Positions 35,107 to 44,997 of a stretch of 64,000 nt of DNA are shown here, piece by piece (position 1 is the first letter of the stretch; each line of letters opens with the position of its first letter). Origin of the DNA: a phage; sequence record PZ386977.1; one strand, given 5' to 3'. The translations under genes and the position numbers were made by a program. The notes beneath the pieces are model-generated. The model worked only from the letters and a program-made list of their open reading frames with translations. It had not been told where the DNA came from and made no database searches.

Positions 35107-35250
35107 CTAGTTAAAGCATTCATACTTTGCTTGTAGCCCAATCATAATCCATCCGATTATAAGAGTCGGAATCATTACTGGAGCCGTTAAGCTCCAGTAG
35201 ATAGTCATGACAAGCATCAATAGTAAAAGTCCTATTGTTATTGCTTTCAT
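35107..35250 (-). CDS. small hydrophobic peptide (about 47 aa)
   Basis: MKAITIGLLLLMLVMTIYWSLTAPVMIPTLIIGWIMIGL; ATG overlaps isomerase stop (ATGA); below ORF-track cutoff. Confidence 0.35.
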   Translation of the reverse strand: MKAITIGLLLLMLVMTIYWSLTAPVMIPTLIIGWIMIGLQAKYECFN

Positions 35251-35882
35251 TGTTCGCCTCGTAACATGGCACCTAGTGAACCGCCTGGATGGAACTTAAG
35301 GAAGTCATTAGAGGTAAATCCACGTTCAGACGAAAGGTTGATAGCGAACGTATCGATAAGCGCTAACAACAATGTAGTGGACATGGTCGGAGCCAGAGAA
35401 TTCTCATCAACCTCTACCGCGATGCCTGTACAGAACGTATAATCAAAAAGAGCTTCGTATTCTTGCGGAATGTCAGGGTTACAATGTAACAGAATCTGTT
35501 TAACCTGAGGACGAATCATACGAAGATGTTTAGCAACACCTATCATTTCTTCAGTCTTACCAGAACGACTGATGTGAACTAATACATCATTAGGTGCAAT
35601 AAATCCTGCGTCGCCATGAGAATAATGCCCGGTGTTCAAATACATGCTAGGAATACCTAGTGAAGCAAAAGTCTCGGAAGCTTTAGTTGCGATATTAGCG
35701 TTCTTACCAACACCTGTAATAATTACTCGGCTTTCATAATTACTCAGTCCAGGGCGACGAAGAGTTTCAAGAATAGCATTATATCGGGCAGAGTTTTGAC
35801 TAATTACTTTAGCCATAGTGGCAAGAGATGAAGCTTGTTTTACGATTGCGTCAATAGCGATAGTGATTGGTGTAGTTTTCAT
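35247..35882 (-). CDS. D-arabinose-5-phosphate isomerase (SIS domain, KdsD/GutQ type)
   Basis: 211 aa; ITGVGKNANIATKASETFASLGIPS...SHGDAG and HISRSGKTEE match the KdsD SIS-domain core. Confidence 0.7.
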   Translation of the reverse strand: MKTTPITIAIDAIVKQASSLATMAKVISQNSARYNAILETLRRPGLSNYESRVIITGVGKNANIATKASETFASLGIPSMYLNTGHYSHGDAGFIAPNDVLVHISRSGKTEEMIGVAKHLRMIRPQVKQILLHCNPDIPQEYEALFDYTFCTGIAVEVDENSLAPTMSTTLLLALIDTFAINLSSERGFTSNDFLKFHPGGSLGAMLRGEQ

Positions 35883-35922
35883 ATTTCTCTCATTTAATTA
35901 GTTTACCGTCCATGGCATTATA

Positions 35923-38634
35923 TCAAAAATCGAACATATCGAACAGAGATGCTTTCTTCTCGTAATCGAGTTTCGCTGCTGATGTGAATCCTTCAAGTGG
36001 TTTAATAAATGTCTTCTCAAGGAGAACAGTGTAGTCCATCCAATGAAGTACGTCGTCTTTAATTAAATCTGTGATTTCAGTACCAGAAGGCCATGCGATA
36101 CATTTATCACCGAATGGGTTTCCTTCACGTAAAGGCAGAACATATACCTTTTCGCCTTCTACAACTTGTGGAGCATCAATATTACCTTTGATAGCCCGGT
36201 TATACGTCAGAATTCCACGAATATGGAACGGACATTTTGGACCAGGGAATCCACCTACATCATATTTAGCAATGTTATTCGCAGAAGATACCGACGCGAT
36301 GCTAATATAATTCAATTGACGGAATTCTTTTTCAAACTCTTTAAAATATTCTTGTAATGATTCTTCACCTTCTTGAAGCATACGACGAATACATTCTTTA
36401 AGAGCTTTCTGTACCGCTTTAGGAGTTGAAGATTTCTGTGTTTCGAGACCCATGATTTTGAGTTTAGGCTCAGCGTAACGAGTACCTTCCATATCCCACA
36501 CGTTTAATGCGTAACGTTTCTTACCAGTCCAGAATCCACCAATACCTTTAGAGCCAAGTGGAGGACCAGCGATAGCTTCTCGGTCCATGAACATTAAGTG
36601 TTGTTTATTGTTCATGTATTCACACATTTCACGGAAACCTCTATCAATAGCAGGTTCCATACGTTCACGAGCGAACTTATCTAAGAAGTCCACCCAATGG
36701 TTGGTATCACGGAATTTAGATTCACCAACCTTATCAATAATTTTATCAGCAGATACGTAAATAGAGTCTGTATCACCATATAGAACGAAAGCTTCACCTT
36801 CTGTACCACAAACTTCATTCAGATATTCATTAACTTTACGTTCAATCCACTGTAAAGCCATTTGCCCGAATGTTGTGATTGCAGTAGCATTACGCAAATC
36901 ATAATAACGGAACCAAACGTTGCCAAGTGCACCATAAAGTGAGTTGATAAGCAATTTACGGTTAATTTGTGCAGTCATACCTGCAACTTCAGTACGTTGA
37001 GCTCTAAACAACATTTCATTAAGAGATTTAGCAGACAACTTTTTAATCTTTTCTTTAATCTCATCGCTGAAGTCGAAACGATAATCAACATCTAACGGTT
37101 CGTCAACAGAAAGATTAGGATTATGCAATGCCTCTTTAATTATTTCACCATTACGTTGAGCTGCAAGCATGTAACCTTTATGTTCTTTACGTTGATTAAA
37201 GACCTTAGTGATTTCAGTTGGAACTACACCATCACGGTCTTTATAATACATCATGCCATTAGGAGAGCAGCTGTACACATCTGAAGGACGTTCAGCGATT
37301 GCGTTAATATAATCATGCAATGGAGCTACTTTAAACGTTCCTGCTATTGTTTCTGGGCTAATATTCACTTGGCGAATAATACTTGGATACAGAGATGTAA
37401 GGTCGAAACTCATTACATATTTGTATCGATTTGGAATAGGTTCCTTAACAAAAGCGCCAGGATAAGGTTGAACCGGGTGAGAACGACCTTGTGGAATCAC
37501 CTTGTTCTGCTCTTTAAGGCTATTAAAAATAATAGCATCCCATGTTTTAATTGGGCTGAACACAGATTGAATCTGTATCTTAGCATAATAACCCATGTCC
37601 AAACTCAAGTTGATGAACTGGCGCTTAGCATCAATTTGCAATACACGATACACGTCGATGATGTTATAAGAAATATATCGTTGGTGATTGCTTTCACGAA
37701 GCTTAGAAATAGGGCCGTCATATTTCAGTTTACCAACGTTCAATTCAAATTCTGAAATGTAATCCAGAGAATACGACGGTTGATTAGTAAAAGAGAATTT
37801 TTTGTAAAGGTCAATGTAATCAAGAACAGAGATACCGAACAATGTAATGATTTCACGAGAACCATACATGTTTTCGATAACTTTAACACGAGTTTTACGA
37901 TGTGGTGATAAACGTTTCGCAGTAGATTCACCAAAAATATTCTTGATTCTGTTATACACATATGGAATATCAAATGACTCAACGTTCCATCCAGTCAAAA
38001 TGACAGGAGTTTTCTGTTGCCAGAAGTTGAGATATTCCATCAACAATTCTTTTTCGTTATCGAACGGCATATAAATGATTTTATCGATAATTTCAGATGG
38101 AACTTCATCACCACCTTGTTCTTGAAGCTTAGCAGCGATTTCAATAGACCATTCTTCCACATTGCCGTATGGAGAATTCAATAGATCAAATACATAGAAC
38201 CTGTCGTCAATTGAGTCATAATGGGTGATAGCATCAATCGGATGTTTTGCTTGTGACGGCTCAGGGAACCCATCCGGAGATGTTACTTCGATGTCGAAGT
38301 TAGCCACACGAATTTTTGTATGGTCGTATTTGATTTCATAGTTATAAGTGTCAGACAAATACGCCAATTTGAAATCGTCCATGCCAAGTGCTTCAAGTCC
38401 GATATCTTCCATGCGTTTAATCCATTGGGAGGCATCACGCATATTAGCGAACAACTTACGAGTACACGGCTTACCGTAGATATCGAAATATTTCGTGGCC
38501 TGACTTTCTGGACAATGAGCAAACAATGATGGTTTATATTCTACTTCACGAGTACGTTCACGGCCATTAGAATCGATGTAACGTTCAAAAATTGAATCAC
38601 CAATCTGTTCAACCGTTAAGTAAAATTCTTTCAT
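35923..38634 (-). CDS. 43: DNA polymerase (family B)
   Basis: 903 aa; exo motifs FDIE and YNIIDV, pol motifs DLTSLYPS and YGDTDS; sequence is RB69-like from memory. Confidence 0.95.
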   Translation of the reverse strand: MKEFYLTVEQIGDSIFERYIDSNGRERTREVEYKPSLFAHCPESQATKYFDIYGKPCTRKLFANMRDASQWIKRMEDIGLEALGMDDFKLAYLSDTYNYEIKYDHTKIRVANFDIEVTSPDGFPEPSQAKHPIDAITHYDSIDDRFYVFDLLNSPYGNVEEWSIEIAAKLQEQGGDEVPSEIIDKIIYMPFDNEKELLMEYLNFWQQKTPVILTGWNVESFDIPYVYNRIKNIFGESTAKRLSPHRKTRVKVIENMYGSREIITLFGISVLDYIDLYKKFSFTNQPSYSLDYISEFELNVGKLKYDGPISKLRESNHQRYISYNIIDVYRVLQIDAKRQFINLSLDMGYYAKIQIQSVFSPIKTWDAIIFNSLKEQNKVIPQGRSHPVQPYPGAFVKEPIPNRYKYVMSFDLTSLYPSIIRQVNISPETIAGTFKVAPLHDYINAIAERPSDVYSCSPNGMMYYKDRDGVVPTEITKVFNQRKEHKGYMLAAQRNGEIIKEALHNPNLSVDEPLDVDYRFDFSDEIKEKIKKLSAKSLNEMLFRAQRTEVAGMTAQINRKLLINSLYGALGNVWFRYYDLRNATAITTFGQMALQWIERKVNEYLNEVCGTEGEAFVLYGDTDSIYVSADKIIDKVGESKFRDTNHWVDFLDKFARERMEPAIDRGFREMCEYMNNKQHLMFMDREAIAGPPLGSKGIGGFWTGKKRYALNVWDMEGTRYAEPKLKIMGLETQKSSTPKAVQKALKECIRRMLQEGEESLQEYFKEFEKEFRQLNYISIASVSSANNIAKYDVGGFPGPKCPFHIRGILTYNRAIKGNIDAPQVVEGEKVYVLPLREGNPFGDKCIAWPSGTEITDLIKDDVLHWMDYTVLLEKTFIKPLEGFTSAAKLDYEKKASLFDMFDF

Positions 38635-38646
38635 TTAATTTCCTTT

Positions 38647-38662
38647 AGACGAGTTATTGTCT
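38647..38662 (-). promoter_or_regulatory. putative gene 43 translational operator hairpin
   Basis: mRNA AGAC-AAUAACUC-GUCU followed by AAAGGA SD and AUG; loop resembles the T4 gp43 operator loop as I recall it. Confidence 0.4.
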
Positions 38663-38715
38663 TTTGTTTGTTGATGAACTTATTATACTCCAAATGGGAC
38701 CGGAGTCCCATTGCT

Positions 38716-39084
38716 TTAATTACCAATTGTATATTTTGCTTTCAAAGTCCAGTCATCTTTCTGTTTAAAAGAGATAACACGGAAGTTATTAGTCAGGCCA
38801 AACAGATCTTCACGAGCAGAGTCTTCAATAACAATTAATCCCCAGTCTTCAAGCAACTGAGCAATCGAATCACGTCGCTGATAGTCTTCACCATCAATAT
38901 CAACCTGACGTCCGTCCATACGCAGCATTTCTTTAAAGTGGACGATGTAATATTTACCTTGCTTTTGGAGGATATGACAAGACTGGTAAAGGACTTTATC
39001 TTTGTTATTAGCGATGCCCATACGTGTTAGAGTCTCTTTGACTTTCAGAAAATCTTCAGGGTTCTTCAATTTAATTTCAATCAT
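38716..39084 (-). CDS. regA: RegA translational repressor
   Basis: start trimmed to MIEIKLKNPEDFLKVKETLTRMGIANNKDKVLYQSCHILQK; 122 aa as in T4 RegA. Confidence 0.85.
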   Translation of the reverse strand: MIEIKLKNPEDFLKVKETLTRMGIANNKDKVLYQSCHILQKQGKYYIVHFKEMLRMDGRQVDIDGEDYQRRDSIAQLLEDWGLIVIEDSAREDLFGLTNNFRVISFKQKDDWTLKAKYTIGN

Positions 39085-39086
39085 TT

Positions 39087-39650
39087 TTACCATTCCAATG
39101 CTAATTTTTTAAATTGTTTTTGTTCTTTTACGTTTTTAGTAACTTCTTTGAGAAATTCATCAGTGACCATGGCCTTCAGTTCTTTAAGGACTATTGGCAA
39201 CTTGTTATTTTTTTCAAGGAGCCGCTTATACTCGGTAGCATCATTCATGTTGATTGTGTAATGTTTCATCAACAGTTTGATAACTAGTAACTCTGAAGTG
39301 TCTTCGACTAGTTTAGCCCATTTAGAGAATCGACGACCACGAGGAATTGCCGCCATCATATAGTTGAAGTGCGCTTCATCACTTAATTCAGAACCGACTA
39401 AGTTCATCATGTAAACGGCTGGCATACATTCTGGGAACTGGGATAATGAGTTCTCAACCATAAATTTTGAGTAGTCGACCTGAGCAATTGACATAGATTT
39501 CTTTTCATTAATAGCATTAATGATTTTAAAGAATTCATTCTCAGGTTTTTCTTTAAACATATCAGCACATTTTTGAATCGCATCAGCGTCATTAGACTTC
39601 CATGCAATTTGGTGCTCGTTAAGCTGGACGTCATCATCGAATAAGTTCAT
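39087..39650 (-). CDS. 62: clamp-loader small subunit
   Basis: 187 aa; size and position between regA and gene 44. Confidence 0.75.
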   Translation of the reverse strand: MNLFDDDVQLNEHQIAWKSNDADAIQKCADMFKEKPENEFFKIINAINEKKSMSIAQVDYSKFMVENSLSQFPECMPAVYMMNLVGSELSDEAHFNYMMAAIPRGRRFSKWAKLVEDTSELLVIKLLMKHYTINMNDATEYKRLLEKNNKLPIVLKELKAMVTDEFLKEVTKNVKEQKQFKKLALEW

Positions 39651-39651
39651 A

Positions 39652-40614
39652 TTATTTCCAAGTCAGTTCACAGGTCAGTTGAAGAAGCATATACATAACA
39701 TGTAATTCAATATTACTTGCTAGTCCATGAAACTTATTATTTTCGCCTGCAATTTCGTAAAGCGAAATAATACTTTTACCAGGTGCAACTTGGTCATAAC
39801 ATTCTGAAACTAATTTATCGATGAACCACGAATAATCTGCAGCATATTTTGGAGCTAATGCACGAAGCTGTTTGATATCTTTGTTCTTCATTGCTTCGAT
39901 AACATCAGAGACTGTGCCACGGTCATTAGTTACGATAGACAGAATACCTGCATCAAGAACACCTTTAGACGAGTACTGGTCTAATTGACCAATTGTGCGA
40001 CGAAAGTCTGGGAAGTTCTTTTTAACCAGAGCTGCAACAACTTTCATATCAGCGATTTCGATATTTTCGTTCTTACAGATTTCAACCATACGATGAATCA
40101 TTTTCTTCATCATCGAGATTTTATCTTCTTCAGTCGGTCGACCGAATTCGATAACTCGACAACGGCTACGTAATGGTTCAATAATTCCATCAATATTGTT
40201 AGCAGTGATAATAATAGAGCAGTTACTAGAGAATTCTTCCATAAACGTACGAAGGTGACGTTGTGATTCGGCGAGGCCACTACGGTCAAATTCATCAATA
40301 ACAATAACTTTAGGCTTGCCTTCCATTGAGACTGAACGAGCGAATGCAGTTAACGGACCACGCACAAAATCAATCTTACAATCAGAACCGTTGACGAACA
40401 TCATTTCGGCATTGATATCATTACATAATGCTTTTGCTACGGTTGTTTTACCGGTACCAGGAGAAGGAGAGTGCAAAATAATATGAGGAAGTTTTCCTTT
40501 AGATACTAAAGACTTGAATGTTTCATGGTCATACGCAGGCAGAATACATTCGTCAATGGAAGAAGGACGATATTTCTGTTCTAGAATGTGTTCTTTGGAA
40601 TTGATAGTAATCAT
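39652..40614 (-). CDS. 44: clamp-loader large subunit (AAA+ ATPase)
   Basis: 320 aa; Walker [11 protein letters not shown], Walker [12 protein letters not shown]-like motif. Confidence 0.85.
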   Translation of the reverse strand: MITINSKEHILEQKYRPSSIDECILPAYDHETFKSLVSKGKLPHIILHSPSPGTGKTTVAKALCNDINAEMMFVNGSDCKIDFVRGPLTAFARSVSMEGKPKVIVIDEFDRSGLAESQRHLRTFMEEFSSNCSIIITANNIDGIIEPLRSRCRVIEFGRPTEEDKISMMKKMIHRMVEICKNENIEIADMKVVAALVKKNFPDFRRTIGQLDQYSSKGVLDAGILSIVTNDRGTVSDVIEAMKNKDIKQLRALAPKYAADYSWFIDKLVSECYDQVAPGKSIISLYEIAGENNKFHGLASNIELHVMYMLLQLTCELTWK

Positions 40615-40689
40615 GTAATTTTCCTCATTATCATTAATCTGGAGGATTTCTCCTCCATAATCGTACTACATTAAACGTAAAGCTTTGAC

Positions 40690-41376
40690 TTAGAAGTCGT
40701 GAGTAGAATCGGCTTCCATTGCAATAACATAACTTACTTGAGAGCTTTCAAACTTGGCTGCAACTTTATCACCAGCTCCCCACAACATTACTTTATAGTT
40801 ACCTGGCTGGATTTTCATATTAGCCATATTGATTACGAAGTTAAAGTTATTAGAACCATCATAATCGGTAAGAGTCAAAGAATACTTAGGACGAGTCAAG
40901 CCAGAATCTTCAACTTTATTGTAACCATTGATAACAATTTTACCATCTTTATTTGTAATAGCAATTGTATCAATCTGGAGACCACGTGAAACTCGAAGCA
41001 ATTGTTGAAGGTCTTCAGCTTTAATTTCAGTAATCACAGAAGCCACTGGGAATTGAATTGGCTTATTAGGAAAAACAATGGTGCTCTTGTCGGCAGCAGG
41101 CCAATAAACTGTGGAACGTGTATCTGCAATTTTAATATTGCCGTCAGTGTGCATTGAAATTTCAGCATCATCAGACACTAGACTCAAAATGCTTAAGAAG
41201 CTATTCAAATCATAAAGTGCTACGTCAAAATCAATTTCATCAGAGATATTTGCTTCCGCATAAGTGGTGCCATTAACTGCACGAGTCATAATAAATTTAC
41301 CTTGACTCAACAGAATGCCGGAGTTAATAGAGGCAAAGTTTTTCAGAATAGCGATAGTATCTTTAGACAGTTTCAT
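40690..41376 (-). CDS. 45: sliding clamp
   Basis: start trimmed to MKLSKDTIAILKNF; 228 aa as in T4 gp45. Confidence 0.85.
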   Translation of the reverse strand: MKLSKDTIAILKNFASINSGILLSQGKFIMTRAVNGTTYAEANISDEIDFDVALYDLNSFLSILSLVSDDAEISMHTDGNIKIADTRSTVYWPAADKSTIVFPNKPIQFPVASVITEIKAEDLQQLLRVSRGLQIDTIAITNKDGKIVINGYNKVEDSGLTRPKYSLTLTDYDGSNNFNFVINMANMKIQPGNYKVMLWGAGDKVAAKFESSQVSYVIAMEADSTHDF

Positions 41377-41417
41377 TTTATTTCCTTTCAAGACAATTCA
41401 AAGTTTAAAAAAATTTA

Positions 41418-41834
41418 TTATGCAGCAACCATCTGCTTTTTAATAGCTTCAGGCAGTGATTCAATATATTCTGGAATTTTAGAAGCAACAATTTCGCCAG
41501 CTGCAATTAGTTGTTCGTCGGCATCAACACAATAGAAATCTTCCAGGCGCTCAGAACCATCTTTATCAAGAACGATTTTTCCACCAGCTTCAATAGAATC
41601 TTTATAGTGCTTACGCATCAGATGAATCCACATATCAGATACATCGTTATCAATAAAACCATAAATCATAAAACGAGTTTCTTGTGGCAAAGATTGAAGC
41701 TTTTTAGCACTTGCGTCATCACAATGCAGGACCCATGCTTTACGAACACGATTATGGTTATGCGGGTTAGCGTCAGTACGGATAGAAGTAACTTTCAGAT
41801 CAGCAGCAGTGAAACCTTTAGCAGTAGTAAACAT
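41418..41834 (-). CDS. rpbA: RNA polymerase-binding protein RpbA-like
   Basis: 138 aa ORF downstream of gene 45; positional and size inference. Confidence 0.5.
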   Translation of the reverse strand: MFTTAKGFTAADLKVTSIRTDANPHNHNRVRKAWVLHCDDASAKKLQSLPQETRFMIYGFIDNDVSDMWIHLMRKHYKDSIEAGGKIVLDKDGSERLEDFYCVDADEQLIAAGEIVASKIPEYIESLPEAIKKQMVAA

Positions 41835-41846
41835 ATTATTTCTCTC

Positions 41847-42038
41847 TTATTCGTAGAAGTCAGTAACTGTCCATGCGGAATTGCGATTAGACATTATTTT
41901 ATTATACTCATCTTTAAAAGCAGATTTGAGCATTTGTTCAGTAACAATATGTTCTTCACCTGAAAACGTATTGGTCAAAACATATTTTTTAATTTCAGGA
42001 ACAACGAGAAGATGTTGTCCGGTTGAATACTCCGCCAT
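41847..42038 (-). CDS. hypothetical protein (63 aa)
   Basis: ATG ORF with GGAG RBS. Confidence 0.45.
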   Translation of the reverse strand: MAEYSTGQHLLVVPEIKKYVLTNTFSGEEHIVTEQMLKSAFKDEYNKIMSNRNSAWTVTDFYE

Positions 42039-42062
42039 TATAAATCTCCGTGTTTAAAGCAA

Positions 42063-42070
42063 TATAAATA
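42063..42070 (+). promoter_or_regulatory. late-promoter-like TATAAATA on plus strand upstream of the HNH endonuclease gene
   Basis: exact octamer about 45 nt upstream of plus-strand ATG at 42116. Confidence 0.4.
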
Positions 42071-42115
42071 GGTTTATCAATTTATCTGTTGCTGTATCAA
42101 ATAAGGATTTAGTAA

Positions 42116-42832
42116 ATGAATTATAACTCAATATACGAAAAGCTTATCACCAATGCTAAATCAAGAAGTTTAGATGGTTATACAGAACGTCATCACATTA
42201 TACCACAATGTTTAGGTGGAAGTGATGATGCTTTAAACTTAGTAGACTTAACACCAGAAGAACATTATTTGGCACATCAACTGTTGGTAAAAATCCATCC
42301 AGATAATGCCTCTTTAATATATGCTGCTCGTATGATGACCATATCATCTCCTAAAGCAGATAGAAGCAAAAACAAATTATTTGGATGGCTTCGACGTAAG
42401 AATCAGGAAGTTCAAAAGAATAAAGAATTCACTGCTGAAACCCGTAAGAAAATGTCCGAGTCTGCAAAAAATAAACCAAAGATTACCTGTCCACATTGTG
42501 GTTTAACTGGAACTGAAGGAAACATGCGACGTTGGCATTTTGATAATTGTAAACAAGGTCCAACGCCTAAAATAGTAAAATTATCTGATGATGAAAAACA
42601 GAGGATAAGTTCTAAACTTAAAACAATAGAGTGGAAACTCCACACATGTGTACACTGTGGTCTAGAAGGAAAAGCTTGCAATATAGTTCCTCATGAGAAA
42701 AACTGTAAACTTAATCCTAATAGAATAAAACCTAATGTAACAATAGTGGAATGTCCATACTGCTCTAAAAGTGGTTCTATATCAAATATGAAAAGATGGC
42801 ATTTCGATAATTGTAAATATAAGCCTCATTAA
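42116..42832 (+). mobile_element. free-standing HNH homing endonuclease gene with three C-terminal zinc-finger repeats
   Basis: 238 aa; HNH core YTERHHIIPQCLGG...EHYLAH; three repeats of CPxCG...NMxRWHFDNCK; opposite strand to all neighbours; overlaps gene 46 stop by 4 nt. Confidence 0.8.
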
Positions 42833-44517
42833 GAGGCTTTCATTACAGTAAATCGTCCAACTTTACTCATCTGAAGATGTTGTCCATACGCTTGTGGGTC
42901 ATGGTCTCTGTGACTAATTATAAACACGTTTGCATCGGTTAGAGAGTTAAGAATTGTTGAAATAGCTTTAATACCTTCAGAATCAGTCGCGGAATCCATG
43001 ACTTCGTCCATAATTAATGTATTGATTCTAACACCAGAGACCTTTTCAGCAATATCTCGCCATGTAAACAACAATGCGATATCGATACGTGCCTTTTCAC
43101 CTTGACTAAATGAAGCATAACTAAAATCTTCACGACCACGTGATTTTATAGATTCATTGAATTCTTCGTCAATAGAAAACACATAATCAGCTTCCATGAT
43201 TTTAAGGTAATGGTTAATCTGCTTGTTGAACAGAGGCACATATTTTTTAATGATAGCACCTTTAATACCAGAATCTTTTAACATATCTGTGATAATACCA
43301 CGATGGTATTTTTCAAGAACGATATCTGATTTTGTTTTAATGATTTTATCAAGTTCTTTTTGAAGCAAAGCTATCTCATCGGCATGGTCGATAAATTCAG
43401 CTGAGGCTTGTTCTATTGCAGCTTTAACTTTCTTAGCTTTATCAATAGTGGCAATCATTGCTTGTTTCTTGGTACGAATATCAGATGCAAGGTCCTGTTT
43501 AGTCTTAACATTAGCTCTATATTCGTCCACTAGGACACTCAGATTATCTCTGTGAGAGGTAAGTTGCTCGAATGAGTGATTACATTCATGAAGCTTATCG
43601 GTAATCTTAGAGACAATAGGATCACCCTGGTGCAACTGTGATGCACAAGTAGGACATGTGCCACCGTCATGATACATCTTAATAACTTTGTTATATGAGT
43701 CGATTTTAGATTTAATCAAGAATGCTTCTTGTCCGATCTTGTTGAATGCCTCAGTAGGGTCTTCGTCAAGAACGATATTAAGTAGACGCTCGTTAGCTTC
43801 TTCAATTTCTGCTTTTAATGACCGAGCTTCTTTGGCTAGGTCGTCATACATATTCTGTAGACGCGCTACATTATCACCAGATAATTTCTTTTGACGTTCG
43901 ATATTCTCATTATAAATCTTAATTTGTTGGATAACACCATCTTTCTTGGCATCGAGAACTTGTCCCTGGGAATTAAGTTCTCGAACTTGAGACTTATTGA
44001 TTTTATCCATTTCGGCAAGTGTTCCAACTTCTAATAAGTCTTCAACAAGCTTTCTGCGAGCAGGGGTGCTAAGAGCCATGAAAGGGGTATACCCTGCCGT
44101 CCCAAGCACAACGATCTGTTTAAAAGACGCGTATGACATTCCGATGCTACGTTCAAATTCTTCTTGGAAGTCGCGACTGCTGGCAGATTCATCAAGACGA
44201 ACACCGTCAACGGAGATTTCGAAAATATTGGGCTTTTGGCCACGTTTAATGAAGTATTTTTTATCATCGAATTCCATCCAAAGCTCAACTAAGAGCTCTT
44301 TCTTGTTCGTGCTATTAATGATTTGTCCTTTCTTAACATCACGAAATGGTTTACCGAAAAGTCCGAAAGTAATGGCTTCTAACATCGTAGATTTACCACC
44401 GCCATTTTTACCAGTGATTAATGTCTTTTGGACTTTATCTAATTGGATATCAATAGGATTCCCACCTACCGACATGATGTTTTGATAACGAACACGATTT
44501 AATTTAAATGATTTCAT
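42829..44517 (-). CDS. 46: recombination endonuclease subunit (Rad50/SbcC-like ATPase)
   Basis: 562 aa; Walker A GKNGGGKST, coiled-coil middle with CPTC zinc hook, C-terminal signature. Confidence 0.85.
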   Translation of the reverse strand: MKSFKLNRVRYQNIMSVGGNPIDIQLDKVQKTLITGKNGGGKSTMLEAITFGLFGKPFRDVKKGQIINSTNKKELLVELWMEFDDKKYFIKRGQKPNIFEISVDGVRLDESASSRDFQEEFERSIGMSYASFKQIVVLGTAGYTPFMALSTPARRKLVEDLLEVGTLAEMDKINKSQVRELNSQGQVLDAKKDGVIQQIKIYNENIERQKKLSGDNVARLQNMYDDLAKEARSLKAEIEEANERLLNIVLDEDPTEAFNKIGQEAFLIKSKIDSYNKVIKMYHDGGTCPTCASQLHQGDPIVSKITDKLHECNHSFEQLTSHRDNLSVLVDEYRANVKTKQDLASDIRTKKQAMIATIDKAKKVKAAIEQASAEFIDHADEIALLQKELDKIIKTKSDIVLEKYHRGIITDMLKDSGIKGAIIKKYVPLFNKQINHYLKIMEADYVFSIDEEFNESIKSRGREDFSYASFSQGEKARIDIALLFTWRDIAEKVSGVRINTLIMDEVMDSATDSEGIKAISTILNSLTDANVFIISHRDHDPQAYGQHLQMSKVGRFTVMKAS

Positions 44518-44768
44518 ATGTATTCTCTTCGAATGAAGTCCTCTACATATTTTAACATGTCATCTCTATCAGCAAAATATTCATCTAGTTCTGCATACAT
44601 AACAACACCTGGTGCGTACTCACAGGTAACATACATTGTTCCAAAGAAACGAGGAGTTGATTCCTCGTAATTCTCAGTCCATTCAACGATACCAATATAA
44701 CCGTCACCAATACTAAATTCATGACGATGGATTTCATAATCAGTCTTCGTCATTATACGCATCCTCAA
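44514..44768 (-). CDS. hypothetical protein (84 aa)
   Basis: ORF between genes 47 and 46. Confidence 0.45.
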   Translation of the reverse strand: MRMRIMTKTDYEIHRHEFSIGDGYIGIVEWTENYEESTPRFFGTMYVTCEYAPGVVMYAELDEYFADRDDMLKYVEDFIRREYI

Positions 44769-44997
44769 TACACGCTTCGGCCATTTTAAGAATAGAGCCA
44801 GGAGTATCGTTGTCCATTATATTAAAGCTAAATTCAATAGCCCAGTCGGTACAGACATGAACGGCTTTAACTTCATTGCCTTCAACGCGTAATGGCTCAA
44901 TCCAATACTTGATAGTGTTCTCGAATCCATCATCATCTTTAACGTCCATTTCAACTTCAAGCCTGAGTCCAGCATTGTTAAATTCATCTAAAGTCAT
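44740..44997 (-). CDS. hypothetical protein (85 aa)
   Basis: ORF between genes 47 and 46. Confidence 0.45.
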   Translation of the reverse strand: MTLDEFNNAGLRLEVEMDVKDDDGFENTIKYWIEPLRVEGNEVKAVHVCTDWAIEFSFNIMDNDTPGSILKMAEACIEDAYNDED

